A DNA stretch of 64,000 nucleotides from Octopus bimaculoides (taxonomy: Eukaryota): contig NC_068984.1 in the NCBI RefSeq assembly GCF_001194135.2, positions 20,007,635-20,071,634 of the forward strand, given 5' to 3'. Positions 1 through 12,089 of this stretch are shown one piece after another. The notes beneath the pieces were generated by a model. The model was not told where the DNA came from. It made no database searches and saw only the letters and a list, made by a program, of their open reading frames with translations. Each line of letters opens with the position of its first letter. The first letter of the stretch is position 1. The position numbers were made by a program, and so were the translations under genes.

Positions 1-780
1 ATGTATAAATGAGTATGTTTTTGATATGTTTATATATGTAGGTGGAGGCGCATGTGTGTGTGTGCGTGTGTATGAATGTATGTAAATGTTGATGTTTATC
101 TGTGTTTGCTGATTTGCGTGCTTTGATTGTAATCGTTTCTAACCGCACTATGCACTCATTTCTTTTAATAGAAAATCGTTGTTGTTTTTTTTTTAACAAT
201 TCAAGGAACATGTTTTATTTTCGCTGATCGTCTTGGTTTCATTTTATAGCCAATAAAAAACCTACTTTCTGATACATATATGCATGTTATGAGATGCTTA
301 AATACAGTTGATACATGAAGCTAACGAATATATAATTTCTCATATATATGTTTGTATGATTGTGTGTGTCTGTGTGCACGAAAAAGGTAGAAGATTGATC
401 ATAACTGAGTGTATAAGCTACATTTACACTATATGTAATAAATGCGGTCTCCGAATTTTTTACGAACATCGAACTTCGATAGTTGTCACAATTTATTGCA
501 ACTTACACTGCTGTTACAGACAACGAAATATTTAAATTACAACCCAGATTATTATCCAAAATCTTCTTTAAAATGAATGATTAAGAGAAAAAAATCTAGG
601 TTATCACTTTCCAAGTTTATAGATGACAAATGCAACCAGACGATGTTGTTAAATATTATTTCCTATCTATTTCGTTCAGTTTCTTTTCAGCTTTTCAGTT
701 ACAGTAAAATGCTGAGAAGTTAGGCAGAATTTATTGATTTAAGACTTGATGTCGATGGCATCTATAACTGTAGTATAACT

Positions 781-1167
781 GTTGTTGTTGGCACTCCGTC
801 GGTTACGACGTCAAGGGTTCCAGTTGATCCGATCAACGGAACAGCCTGCTCGTGAAATTAACGTGCAAGTGGTTGAGCACTCCACAGACACGTGTACCCT
901 TAACGTAGTTCTCGGGGATATTCAGCGTGACACAGTGTGACAAGGCTGGCCCTTTGAATTACAGGCACAACAGAAACAGGAAGTAAGAGTGAGAGAAAGT
1001 TGTGATGAAAGAGTACAGCGGGGTTCGCCACCATCCCATGTCGGAGCCACGTAGAGCTTTAGGTGTTTTCGCTCAATAAACACTCAAAATGCCCGGTCTG
1101 AGAATCGAAACCGCGATTCTATGACCGCGAGTCCGCTGCCCAAACCACTGGGCCATTGCGTCTCCAC
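781..1167 (-). mobile_element. tRNA-derived SINE, family A, near full length
   Basis: The reverse strand starts GTGGAGACGCAATGGCCCAGTGG (A box) ... GGTTTCGATTC (B box) and ends ...AACCGACGGAGTGCC(AAC)n. Homologous copies lie at 5587, 21680, 28308 and 40962. Confidence 0.9.
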
Positions 1168-1683
1168 TTCTCTCTGTACTTGGAGATTAATGAAAATGAG
1201 TTGACCTCTGAGGCCTTCTCTGGTCAGAGGAAGGTCAATCCTTTGTTTTTGATTGACCTACTTTAGTTGCCAAACTTTATAAATATCCGTTGAAGGGTTG
1301 TGATCAGCCTTTTTGATCACTACCTTGGATCAATGAGCATTCTGGTATTGAGTGGAGAAGAGAAGGACAACACATCGCTTATATTCCCTGTTTGACAATA
1401 CAAATCTCACTCTTTCTCTCTAGCAGCAGACAATGAAGCTGGCTCCCACAGACCAAGAATCCATTGAACCAGAAAGTATTTTACTGCAACAAACTAATAA
1501 TGAGTATAGACAAACAAACAAACGACGCGACAACATCGTTATTTTATATTGTAACGATATTATAATCAACTAAATAAATGGCCATCTTCATAATTAATTG
1601 TTCTCTAATTTACTTCTTTAATGCATCATCATCATCATCATTCTAACACCATCCTTACTTTCGACTTCTCTTCCAATAATATT

Positions 1684-2113
1684 CTTTTCCTCTCTAGACA
1701 CAAAGCCCGAAATTTTGGGGGAGGGAGCCAGTCGATTAAATCGACCCCAGCACGGAACTGGTACCTAATTTATCGACCCTGAAAGGATGAAAGACAAAAA
1801 TCGACCTCGGCGGAATTTGAACTCAGAACATAAAGACAGACGAAATACCACAAGGCATTTCACCCGGCGTACTAACGTTTCTTATTTCTTTATTGCCCAC
1901 AAGGTGCTAAACATAGAGGGGACAAACAAGGACAGACAAAAGGATTAAGTCGATTACATCGACCCAGTGAGAAACTGGTACTTAATTTATCGACCCCGAA
2001 AGGATAAAAGGAAAAGTCGACTTCGGCGGAATTTGAACTCAGAACGTGACGGCAGATGAAACACCGTTAAACATTTCGGCCGGCGTACTAACGTTTCGGC
2101 CAGCTTACCGCCT
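1684..2113 (-). mobile_element. Dimeric tRNA-derived SINE, family C (full C2 monomer plus head-truncated C1 monomer)
   Basis: Two tandem C units are flanked as one block by a 19-bp direct repeat, CTTCTCTTCCAATAATATT (1665-1683 and 2114-2132). Confidence 0.9.
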
Positions 2114-2664
2114 CTTCTCTTCCAATAATATTGTTACATATATATCCCGGAGAAAGCCTTTCAAATGACATGTCATTATTATATATCAGTGTATAAAATT
2201 GTATATACCCAGCCGCAGGTCGCGTCTGCCTTAAGTCACTTCATCACCAGAGCATGAGGATTTTATTTCTTTATAAAAGCTCTGCTCTTTTCATATACTA
2301 ACGAGCAAAGGTGTCACTTCGTCTGCCAAGACTGATACTATCAATGTCCTTATCAGTCTGTCGATTCTCGACGCCGATTATATTTCCCCACAACTCTTTT
2401 CCTATTTTCTGAACTTAAGTCTCCGAAAACAGCTAGGCAAATAACGTGATTGGCTTCAGGTTGACATTTCTGACTGACTCCTACCTACCTTTTATCAGTA
2501 ACTTTCCGTTGTCTGATAACAGCCATTTGAAATTTATTCATTAATTAATTATGTTTTTTAAAATTACTCTGTAATATCTAAGCAATGTAATTTGATAATA
2601 ATTCATAGTTTCGGTCACCTTTGACTTCACCCAAACCGAGGTTTACCATGAATTCATATATCTA

Positions 2665-2892
2665 TTGGGTTGTCCGGAAAGTTCGTGCCGATTTATAGTA
2701 GGTTACCTTTCGACTTATTTGTCATGAAACTACCTCAATCCTGGGAAGAGGGTATTTTCAAGTTAAAGGAAAGATGGAGACGCATTGTGCAACGAAATGG
2801 TTCATATTTGGTTGATTAAGAATGTAATGGCAAGTATTTATTGACCTTTTTCTTTCCTTTAAAAATCGGTACGAACTTTCCGGACAACCCAA
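2665..2892 (+). mobile_element. Mariner (Tc1/mariner) internal-deletion derivative / MITE
   Basis: About 30-bp TIRs (TTGGGTTGTCCGGAAAGTTCGTGCCGATTT / AAATCGGTACGAACTTTCCGGACAACCCAA) are flanked by TA on both sides. The interior encodes a mariner transposase C-terminus, WEEGIFKLKERWRRIVQRNGSYLVD*. Confidence 0.92.
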
Positions 2893-3559
2893 TATATTAC
2901 ATGAACTCAAATGTTTGATGTTCTGACTGTGACGATAGACACTCTATTCTCTATCCCTCTCACTTCAATAACTCATTCTTTAAACACCAAGAAATATACC
3001 TTCTCTCTTATCATTTATTTGTCTTTGTTCTTTCTGCAAAATCAAACATTAGATTCTTATAACAGGAAAAAGCCATTTCCGGTTTGGCTTTACTTTGAAT
3101 TCGCAGAAATTGCTGGACAAATTTCGCATGAATATCTTAATTAGATAACAGACAAAATTTCGATTGAAGCATATGATGTAATTACATGCTTAACACTTCA
3201 GGGTGAGCAAGGCAATATGAATAAATTTGATTTCGAAACACTTAAGGCAAATGTGATTCATCAAGTAGTGTGGGAGTAGATTAGTACCAGGGGCAAATTA
3301 CAAGAGCATAGGAACCTGTGGTGGGGGTTCATATGAGCTGAGAAAAATAATGAGGAAGTGAGGGAAGCAAGACCCCGGGTCGTCTTCTTCCGGCCTGGTG
3401 CACTCGCCGTGAACAGACATCAGCGGAGCGAGCTAGCGGGATTGGTAGTAGCAGCTGCTAACATTAGGTGCGATGGGTAGGGCACATATTTTGGACTTAG
3501 TACAGCTGGACAGCCGACAATGAGAAGGTAGGTGAACCGCGTCTTATTTCGCTGCAATA

Positions 3560-4105
3560 CAGTTCCCTCGTAGCACAAATATTTCGTAAGATCAAGGTAA
3601 TAGCCAGGTCACAAGGCATCGACGATGTAGGAGGTCTCATAGCCCTGTATCTGGAGGGAAGCGCGTTGGCGCTATACTTCGAGATGGACGAGGAAGACCA
3701 ATTGAGCGCGACGAGGATCGAGCAGCGCTTGAGCGAAGCCTATATAAAGTGGAACTTGCGCCGCTTCTTCAGAACGGCATACAGGTCGAGTGGAAATGAG
3801 ATCGTGGAAAGACATCATCGAACGATCAAAGTCATGACCGAGAGGGGGCGCATTTCATCACTGGAAGCAGTATTCTGGTACAATATGTCACCCCGATCAA
3901 GACAGGCCGAAGAGTCCGTGCCACACAGAGTGATATTCAGATAAGAATAGCGGCATCCTAGTAAACCATCAGAATGCCCTGCGGAAGAGAGAAGGCCTGT
4001 CTTCGTGGAGGTGGGAGATGAAGTCCGAATTAAGCCCCGAAGGTACGCTGTACATCTCAGTGGAACAGAAGAAAAGTGACGGCAGTTAATTCTCAAAATA
4101 ACTGC
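3560..4105 (+). mobile_element. Decayed, internally deleted Ty3/Gypsy LTR retrotransposon (gag fragment joined to integrase C-terminal half)
   Basis: One frame reads gag-like KVIARSQGIDDVGGLIALYLEGSALALYFEMDEEDQLSATRIEQRLSEAY, then integrase-like FRTAYRSSGNEIVERHHRTIK...AVFWYNMSPR...SVPHRVIFR. After stops and a frameshift come VGDEVRIKP and RCTSQWNRRKVTAVNSQNN. No LTR pair was identified. Confidence 0.8.
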
Positions 4106-4139
4106 GAGCATACTGGAGCACTGTCTTTAAGTGTTTAGT

Positions 4140-4300
4140 TGTAGAATTCGACCCCAGTACTAATATCATAAAAGTCTGATACTTTTGTCGCTTTATTTTG
4201 TTGCTTTTTCATCGAACTGCTAAGTTACGGGGACGTAAAAGTAAACCAATGTCAAACAGTGTGGGGACAAACTCAGACACGCACGGACACACAGAGAGAC
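4140..4300 (-). mobile_element. SINE family B, degenerate 3' fragment
   Basis: The motifs GAACTGCTAAGTTACGGGGACGTAAA and GGGGACAAAC..AGACAC are shared with family B copies. Confidence 0.65.
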
Positions 4301-4316
4301 AGACAGATATATAGAT

Positions 4317-4865
4317 AACTTTCTTTATTAGCCACATAGGGCCGAACACAGAGGGGACAAATATAATGTAGAGTTTTACTTTTCGAGGTGGGGCGAAAAC
4401 AAAAAAAACAAAAAAAAATAGGGACAACGATCAAAAGGGATCGAAATCGTTTGGGACGTACAAAAAATCGCAATATACTGTCAATATAAAAAAAAGAGTT
4501 TCCAAAAGTGGGGAGGTTTATCAGCGGAAAGAAAAACTTACGAAAAGACCACGGTAACCTCGGGCAGTAATATTATGCAAAAACATATTTACAACAGTAA
4601 GTTACTCTCTTTTTCCTTTCTTTTTCTGGTTCATAGGATTATGCTCAAGGTGACTCCGTTATTCACTCGTGCCATCCTTACTACATTCACCCATCTTTTA
4701 TTGAAACATTCACGAGACAAAACTTCCCTCTCTACTCTCACCTTCCTTTTCAAGTGACACTTGAAGAAATTGATGAGAGATTGACCAGAGAGGAGAGTGT
4801 TTGTCTCTAGGCCTTTCAGACGCGTCCACCATACACATTCTTTCGCCATAGCCACAAGTATCAAA
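4317..4865 (-). mobile_element. Tx1/L1-clade non-LTR retrotransposon 3' fragment, copy 1
   Basis: ORF 4631-4864 ([57 protein letters not shown]) resembles a Tx1-type ORF2 C-terminus. It is followed by a 3' UTR shared with 11768 and 51307. Both ends abut (TATC)n in element sense. Confidence 0.75.
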
Positions 4866-4866
4866 T

Positions 4867-5057
<191 letters not shown>

Positions 5058-5334
5058 CGTTGGCTTATGACGGACGAATGAGAGAGAAGTGTTCAATAAA
5101 GCTGTAGAGAATGGGAAACTGAGAGTTTGTCTCGCGATTCACGTTTCACACCGCTGCGATCTTCAATATTCACAACGGGCTTCCACACAGTTTCTGTCTA
5201 CCAAATTCACTCACAAGTCATAAGCGGGTCCGATGCTAAAATGCAACGCAAGAGGCAGCGTAGTGGGCCTGAACTCGAAATCACGGAGTTGCAGAGCGAA
5301 CTTCTTAACCACACGGCTATGTCTGCACTTATAA

Positions 5335-5585
5335 TCTTTTATTTTTGACTTGTTTCAGCCATTAGACAGCGACCATGCTGGGGCACCGCCTTGAAGAATT
5401 TTTAGTTGACTGAAACCATCTCAGTACTTGTTTTCTTTTTAAACCTGGTTCTTATTCTATCGGTCTACTGCCGAACAACAACTATTATGACTACGACTAT
5501 TACTACTACTATTACTACTAAACACACCAACACCGGTTGTTAAGCAGTGGTGGAGGTCAAACACAGACACACATTTATGTGTGTG
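5335..5585 (-). mobile_element. SINE family B, 3' half (split by a nested family A insertion)
   Basis: CTTGTTTCAGCCATTAGAC..CCATGCTGGGGCACCGCC is the reverse complement of the B tail. The element continues at 5911. Confidence 0.85.
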
Positions 5586-5586
5586 T

Positions 5587-5910
5587 GAAGGCGCGTGGCT
5601 TAGTGGTTAGGGCATTCGGCTCACAGTCGTAAGGTCGTGAGTTCGATTCCCGGTGACGCATTGTGTCCTTGAGCAAGACACTTTATTTCATGTTGTTCCA
5701 GTCCCCTCAGCTGGCAAAAATGAGTGGTACCTGTATTTCAAAGGGCTGGCCTTGTCACACTCTGCGTCATGCTAAATCTCCCTGAGAACTAAGTTAAGGG
5801 TACACGTGTCTGTGGATTGCTCAGTCACTTGCACGTTAATTTCACGAGCAAGCTGTTCCGTTGATCGTATCAGTTGAGACCCTCGTCGTCGTAACCGACG
5901 GAGTGCTCCT
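5587..5910 (+). mobile_element. SINE family A variant with a different tRNA head and a CORE-like segment, nested in a B element
   Basis: A box TGGCTTAGTGG and B box GAGTTCGATTCC are present, followed by GTGTCCTTGAGCAAGACACTTT. The 3' ~200 bp is shared with 781-1167. It is inserted in the internal (TG)n of a B copy. Confidence 0.88.
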
Positions 5911-6090
5911 ATGTATGTGTGTGTGTGTATACGAAGAGCTTCTTTCAGTTTCCGTCAACCAAATCCAAACTCAAGGTTTTGGTCGGCCCGAGGCTATAAT
6001 AGAAGGCACTTCCCCAAGATGTCATGCAGTGGGACTGAACCCGGTACCATGTGGTTGGGAAGCAAACTTCTTACCACACAGCCATGCCTA
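5911..6090 (-). mobile_element. SINE family B, 5' half
   Basis: The reverse complement contains GGCTGTGTGGTAAGAAGTTTGCTTCCCAACCACATGG..GGGTTCAGTCCCACTGC and a CORE-like TTGGGGAAGTG segment. Confidence 0.88.
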
Positions 6091-6477
6091 CGCCTCTGGC
6101 TGAAGATAATATCTTCAGAAATAATCCTCGCCGTTGCAGTTACATTGTGCAGGATAACATTCAGTTAACACACATGTACCGACATGTTTGAAGTTTGTTA
6201 TATTTTCATTCCAGAGGAATGGCTGGTCTCGATTGGTGGTCTTAGAAATGTCAAAGCTGTCTTTTCTTAATAGATCGGAAACAGACTGGTATTTCACGTA
6301 TTCCAAGCGTCAATTGACGTAGTCTTTCCTATCAACGTTACCATTACCACTGCCGTTATCACCCACGCGGGAGTCTTTACGTAGTTACTCGGTCTCCTAG
6401 AAATAGTAACCAAATCTCTCTCAGATCATACCACACAGATTTAAAAAAATAATTATGAACATATTGCATAATGTAGA

Positions 6478-6675
6478 CAACAACTATCATCACCAGCATC
6501 ACTCACCAATACTACTATCACTACTACTACTATTTTCAGCACCACACCACCACTACCATTATTATTACTATCCACTATCATCATCTCCATACCCACACCA
6601 ATACTACTATTACTGTCCTCTATCACCACCACTGCTACAACTACTATTACCACCACTATCACTGCTACTACTATG
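6478..6675. repeat. Mixed CAC/TAC/CAT trinucleotide low-complexity tract
   Basis: Seen directly in the sequence. Confidence 0.9.
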
Positions 6676-6899
6676 TCTTTCACCTTGTGAAATCTTTATC
6701 TCTTTCTTCGAAAGAACGGTGGACAAGGGTGCCAATTTTTTTATTTTAAAAAGCCTTATTTCGATAGCTAAAAGGCCCTTTTTAAACCGTAAATAAAGTG
6801 AAAAGTACCCCCCCCCCAAAAAAAAAAAACAGCACCNNNNNNNNNNAGATTTATATTAAAAATTTCTATTCTAATTAAATGAAAATGAAATTTATATAA

Positions 6900-7630
6900 T
6901 TACTTTTATTTTTACTCCATAATATTTTCGAAGATTTCTCGATCAATTTCTTTTGAAGTTGAAGCTGCAGTTTCACATGATTTAATTTTCTTTAACGGTT
7001 CGCTTGAAAGTTTATAATCATAACAACATTTACCACTTCGTTTAAGTCCATATTTGATGTTCAAATGTCTCTTCTTAATGTTTCGATGCTCATTTGATTT
7101 CATAAAATTCATGTGGCTAAATACACTCTCCCTATCAGCATTTGCATGTGGTAAAATGAGAAATATTAGAGCTATTAAACAAATGTTCAAATTGATTTTC
7201 TCAATCGACTCCCATTACAATGATACTTCAGTCCAGAAAGAAACTGTGTCTGAAACCTGTGTCCACTGTACATTAAAAAAATATTTTTATTGAATATCAG
7301 ATTTAGTCAGAATCTCTGAATCTTCGTTAAAATGCTTTACAAGGTCTATCTATAATTCCAGTTCTTCTTGTTTTAAGACATTCTGTTACACTGGAAAAAC
7401 TCATTGATAGTAAAAGACGAGAATTCTCTGGAAGAAACTGTTTAATTTGCTCCAAAGCTTCCTCAACAAATTTTGTGCATCGGCCTCTTATCTTATTTTC
7501 TTGGCCAGTAAATTTAAATTCTGAGATCTTCTCAAATCAATAAGCAAGATATAGCTTTGGATCTAAATAACTCTGTATAGAACCATCTTCATTTAGCTTC
7601 TTTCCTGTCATAATAATTAATTATTGAACT
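6900..7630 (-). pseudogene. Decayed hAT transposase, C-terminal region with dimerisation domain
   Basis: The minus strand translates to RCTKFVEEALEQIKQFLPEN...VSFWTEVS...ENQFEH...IALIFLILPHANADRESVFSHMNFMKSNEHRN...IKYGLKRSGKCC. This matches the hAT LPHSNAxxERxFS motif. It contains stops and frameshifts. Confidence 0.85.
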
Positions 7631-7716
7631 GTGTGAATCAATGAGATGCCGAAGATCAATAATTTAGTGGGGGCCATGTGCTTACTCATTAAAATTTGGT
7701 TTTTATTATTCCAGAC

Positions 7717-7980
7717 CAGAGGTTCTCAATCATTTTTTTTTTTTTGCATACGGACCCCTTTAATTCTTCTTTTATTCTACTGGGCCTCCGTAAACATTCG
7801 ATATTTAAAAAAATCCTATTATATTTTTAGAATTAAATATTATAAGAAATTGTTTTAAAAGGAATTGTTAAAATATTTTGTGTATTATTGAAGTGTAACC
7901 AATATATTTCACATAAATTTTAACAACAAAACCTTATATGGGCCTTCAAGAGTCATGTGAACCCCGGTTGAGAACCACTG
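7717..7980 (+). mobile_element. hAT (Charlie-like) MITE, copy 1
   Basis: TIRs are CAGAGGTTCTCAA and TTGAGAACCACTG. The 8-bp flanks TTCCAGAC and ATCTAGAC resemble the NTCTAGAN target. It is homologous to 49490-49792. Confidence 0.85.
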
Positions 7981-8155
7981 ATCTAGACCCTTAGTTTTAT
8001 GGGTNNNNNNNNNNNNNNNNNNNNNNNNNNNNNNNNNNNNNNNNNNNNNNNNNNNNNNNNNNNNNNNNNNNNNNNNNNNNNNNNNNNNNNNNNNNNNNNN
8101 NNNNNNNNNNNNNNNNNNNNNNNNNNNNNNNNNNNNNNNNNNNNNNNNNNNNNNN

Positions 8156-8362
8156 ATATATATATATATATATATACACATATATATATATATATACGAC
8201 GGGCTTCTTTCAGTTTCCGTCTACCAAATCCACTCACAAGGCTTTGGTCGGCCCGAGGCTATAGTAGAAGACACTTGCCCAAGGTGCCACGCAGTGGGAC
8301 TGAACCCCGAACCATGTGGTTGGTAAGCAAGGTACTTACCACACAGCCACTCCTGCGCCTGT
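8156..8362 (-). mobile_element. SINE family B, 5' half (3' half in the gap)
   Basis: High-identity match to the 5' half of 44176-44645. Confidence 0.92.
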
Positions 8363-9819
8363 ATATATAATTTTTTTAAAAAGTCATTTGAAAAAACTGT
8401 TTATAAAAATGAATTATTGCTATATTTAGTGATATTCGTCCAATGAATATTTCGAATTTATAGGATTTTCAAATATTTCTTAATTTCTGATTTTGGCTAA
8501 ATTTCCTGTAGAAATGTAGAAATTTGCATCATAGTGTGTGTCTCAAAGGCATACATGGGCGTACACGAAATGGCATCCGGCCTGAATTTTGGACAGAAAA
8601 TTCCGAGTTAAAATCTGATTTGATTTTAACGGAAAAGTACTAACTTGACTCTGAATTATAATAAAATGTACACAAAATTACGTGGACGCCTAACTAAATG
8701 GATTTTCGCGCTGATAACAGTTAGAGCGAAAGGCATTAATTTGGTAACCCTTACGAGGCAGCCTCAACACAGCCGCACAACTTGCTTGAAATAGTAGTCA
8801 GATTCCTCTCAAATTACTCCCGGCCTTCTAAAAGTATCATAGATACAGTTTACTCGGAAGAATTTCGACGGTCAAAGCTGGAACACCTTTGAGCATAATT
8901 CTACTCAAACAATAAAAACATTAATTTTTCCCTCCCCAACTCTTTCCTTATTCTTCAGTATTTCCTCTTTCCCCTTCCTCCCACTACTCCTCAATTGATT
9001 CATTCGCTACCAGCAGAAAACATCAGTCTCCAACAAAACGTTCTGCCTGAAACACCAGATTGTTGTTATTTCTCAAGGCAAACCATTTTAATCCACTATT
9101 GAATTGTTTATATTCATTTTTTGCCGAGAGCACCATTTAGAGGCGATGTCAGCCATGGCATTTACTAGGGGGGACAGTCACCGTATACGAAAATAAAGGC
9201 CGTACTACAAAAAACTCAATTCTATATTGTAAGTGTGAGATATAGTTGTGTATGAATGTCTGCGAATCAGTCATTTGTCCCATAGTCACACATATCAATG
9301 AAAACAGCTTTTCGCATTCATTAAGTATTTACGATACTTGATGGTTCAATGATATTTTTACATATATTAGCAGGTGACCTAACTCGGTTAACAAAACCAC
9401 TGATACTGACGTACTCCCTCACCATTAGTTTCCCGGGACCCTATTTTATTATATTTAATCCGTCATTCGATCGACTCAAACATCAAACAATGTCGTCTTT
9501 TAACACAAAATGCCAACCAGATGTTTTCCATAAACGAGAAGCTTGAGGATAATCATGATGAGATACTATAAAAAAAGGCATTTAATCGCTGTTCTAAGTT
9601 AACTTGTGTGTTACCATCAGTTGTAATTCTCTTCCGTTATCACTAACAACTCCAATTTATCTCCTGCTAACTGAACTATTCACGCAGCCATCTTATTTGT
9701 CTGCTTTTTTCGTATATTACACGGATTAGATAGATTTTCAAACCATAACCTATTACTATGACAAGTTCTCAAGAGCTTGTTGTTGTTGTTGTTTTTATTT
9801 GTTATATATGTGTGAAGGC

Positions 9820-9955
9820 AGAATCTCCAAGGCTGGTGCGAGGAAACTATCCTCAAACCAGAGACCTGGCTCAAATGTTTGCAATAGAGTAGGATCGCTA
9901 AAGGTATCTTGTGTGCCTGGTTGTGGTGCTAAACCGGATGACTGACTAAGTCTAC
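9820..9955 (+). repeat. Unclassified dispersed repeat (my family H); other copies at ~18865-19025 and ~54625-54765
   Basis: Shared motifs GAGGAAA.TATC.T.AAACC.GA.ACC.GGCTCAAATG.TTGCAA.AGAGT, CTAAAGG.A.C and AAACCGG.TGACT. Confidence 0.6.
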
Positions 9956-9974
9956 CGCCTAAGTAGGCCGTGGC

Positions 9975-10205
9975 GGAATTTTAATTCAGAATTCTAAGAA
10001 CCAGTAAAATATCGCAAGGCATTCGGTTCAATATTCTTAAACTTCTGCCAATCCAACACCTTTGATTAGTACTTTTTCTTATCGACTCTGAAAGAGATAA
10101 AATCAAGATTGGCTTCGATGGCATTTGAACTCCGGGAGCATAGAGTTGGAACAAATATCGCGACACACGCTATCCAATTCGCTAACGTCTCTACCAATTC
10201 GCAGC
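9975..10205 (-). mobile_element. SINE family C, degenerate tandem fragments
   Basis: The motifs GGCGGAATTTTAATTCAGAA and ATCGACTCTGAAAG..GGCATTTGAACTC are present. Confidence 0.6.
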
Positions 10206-11129
10206 CAATTTGTTGGCGAGATTTTTTTTTTTATTATCCAAATGACTTCAGATATTCAAGACTATTTATAACCAAAATTTGGACAGTAGAAATAACTACT
10301 TACTTTTAAGTTACCGAATATTATTCTGTTGTCACCAGACGACGCAACTTTGAGCAGACATCGCAGCATAATCTGATTGGTGATAGAGAATATTTTTGTA
10401 ATAAAAACTGAAAAAAGAGAAAAAGATCTCGCAGTCGGAAATATACTAAAATCGAGCCGAACCGATGAATTTATTAACCTTTCATCATATATATAGATCG
10501 ATAAAATAACTACCAATCACGTAATTTTACGTAGAACATCGAATGTACTCACTTAGCTCACACATAAAGCGTTATGCTATTAGATATCATAGCTCAAAAG
10601 AATTAATAGAATCAATATAAATGATTCCAACAAAAATGAGCTACGAGAAGTAACTCAGAGTGGGCAGTGGCATATATATGAACAATATAGACAAATGCAG
10701 TCATATCAAATAGCATACAACAAATTCTTGAGTTATTAAAAATTATCTCCGCCTCAAGGGCATGCGTCATAATTACCAAATAGTGACAGAGAATAGCTCC
10801 ATATAAGAAAAGGAGATAATCTCAGCAATCAAGAATTTCTCCAAAATTGACATGCCATGAATAGAAAGGACACGCTTAGGGTCTGGGAATAAGAGAACAG
10901 TCGTGGATATGTGTTTCGGGCTCAATAGCCATCATTGACACGACAATTGTTTAGCCTTGTCTCCTGTAGCCAAAGGACTACCGATTGATGAGGATACACG
11001 GGAACAGTACGAAATAAATGCTTCTTAGAATATTCTACCCTTATAAAACAATGGCCCGATTTAATCACCTTAAGAGCCCAAATAAAAAGATATTTCATAT
11101 GTATAAAATTATTTGGAGAGATTTAGTGT

Positions 11130-11330
11130 GGAGGAGGAGGGGGAGAGGGGAGGGGAGGAGGAGAGGGGGAGGAGGGGAGGAGGAGATGAGGAGGAAGAGG
11201 AGGAGGAAGANNNNNNNNNNGGGGAGGAGGAGAGGGGGAGGAGGGGAGGAGGAGATGAGGAGGAAGAGGAGGAGATGAGGAGGAAGAGGAGGAGGAAGAA
11301 GGTAAGAGGGATGAGCAGGAGGAGATAAAG
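11130..11330. repeat. (GGA)n purine-rich microsatellite containing a small gap
   Basis: Seen directly in the sequence. Confidence 0.95.
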
Positions 11331-11722
11331 ATAAAGATGGTAATAGTAATGGTGTTGGTGACAGTGATGAGTACTGTGATGATGGTGATGAGTATGGTGA
11401 CGACAAGGACACCAGCGGTAGTAGTTGTGATGGTGGAGATAACGAGGAAGAGGGACGCCGTTGATTAGATTAAGAGTATATTACTTTGGTGAACTCACAC
11501 AAAACTACCACTAGCCCTTCCACCCTCTACTTATAATACGAACCACTTCCCTCCTTAAATAATTCCAGCCATACGTCCCTACTCACACCAACCATTTCTC
11601 TCTCAATCTATCTCCCTCTCTCTGCCTCTCTTTCTCTCTCTCTCCTTACCCACTCATCTATCTATCTATCTATCTATCTGTCTGTCTGTCTGTTTGTCTG
11701 TCTGTTTATCTGTCTGACTGCA

Positions 11723-11767
<45 letters not shown>

Positions 11768-11940
11768 CGCTTTTTTTTTCTTGATCCCTTTTGATCGAAC
11801 TCCCCTCTTTTTTCCTTCCTACGATTCCTTTTGATCGACACCCCCCCCTACTTTTTCCCCTTCCCCCTCCCAAAAAAGAAAAGCTCTACATTGTATTTGT
11901 CCCATCTTTGTTGAGCCCTGTGTGGCTAATAAAAGAAATG
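11768..11940 (+). mobile_element. Tx1-like LINE 3' UTR fragment, copy 2 (heavily 5' truncated)
   Basis: GATCCCTTTTGATCG...AAAAGCTCTACATTGTATTTGTCCC...GCCCTGTGTGGCTAATAAAAGAAA is homologous to 4317-4460. It is embedded in (TCTA)n on both sides. Confidence 0.75.
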
Positions 11941-11994
11941 TATCTATCAATCTTTCTGTCTGTCTATCTATCTGTCTATCTGCCTGTCTGCCTG

Positions 11995-12037
<43 letters not shown>

Positions 12038-12055
12038 GTCTTTCTATCTATCTGC

Positions 12056-12089
<34 letters not shown>

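Noticed and set aside
7999-8370. Recurring peptide RRASFSFRLPNPLTRLWSARGYSRRHLPKVPRSGTEP in several ORFs
   Set aside because: This is the antisense translation of SINE family B, not a protein family.
10895-10945. Possible hammerhead on the minus strand (..ATGATGGCTATTGAGCCCGAAACAC..)
   Set aside because: A stem II-like hairpin and GAAAC are present, but the CUGANGA core and stem I cannot be fitted without several changes.
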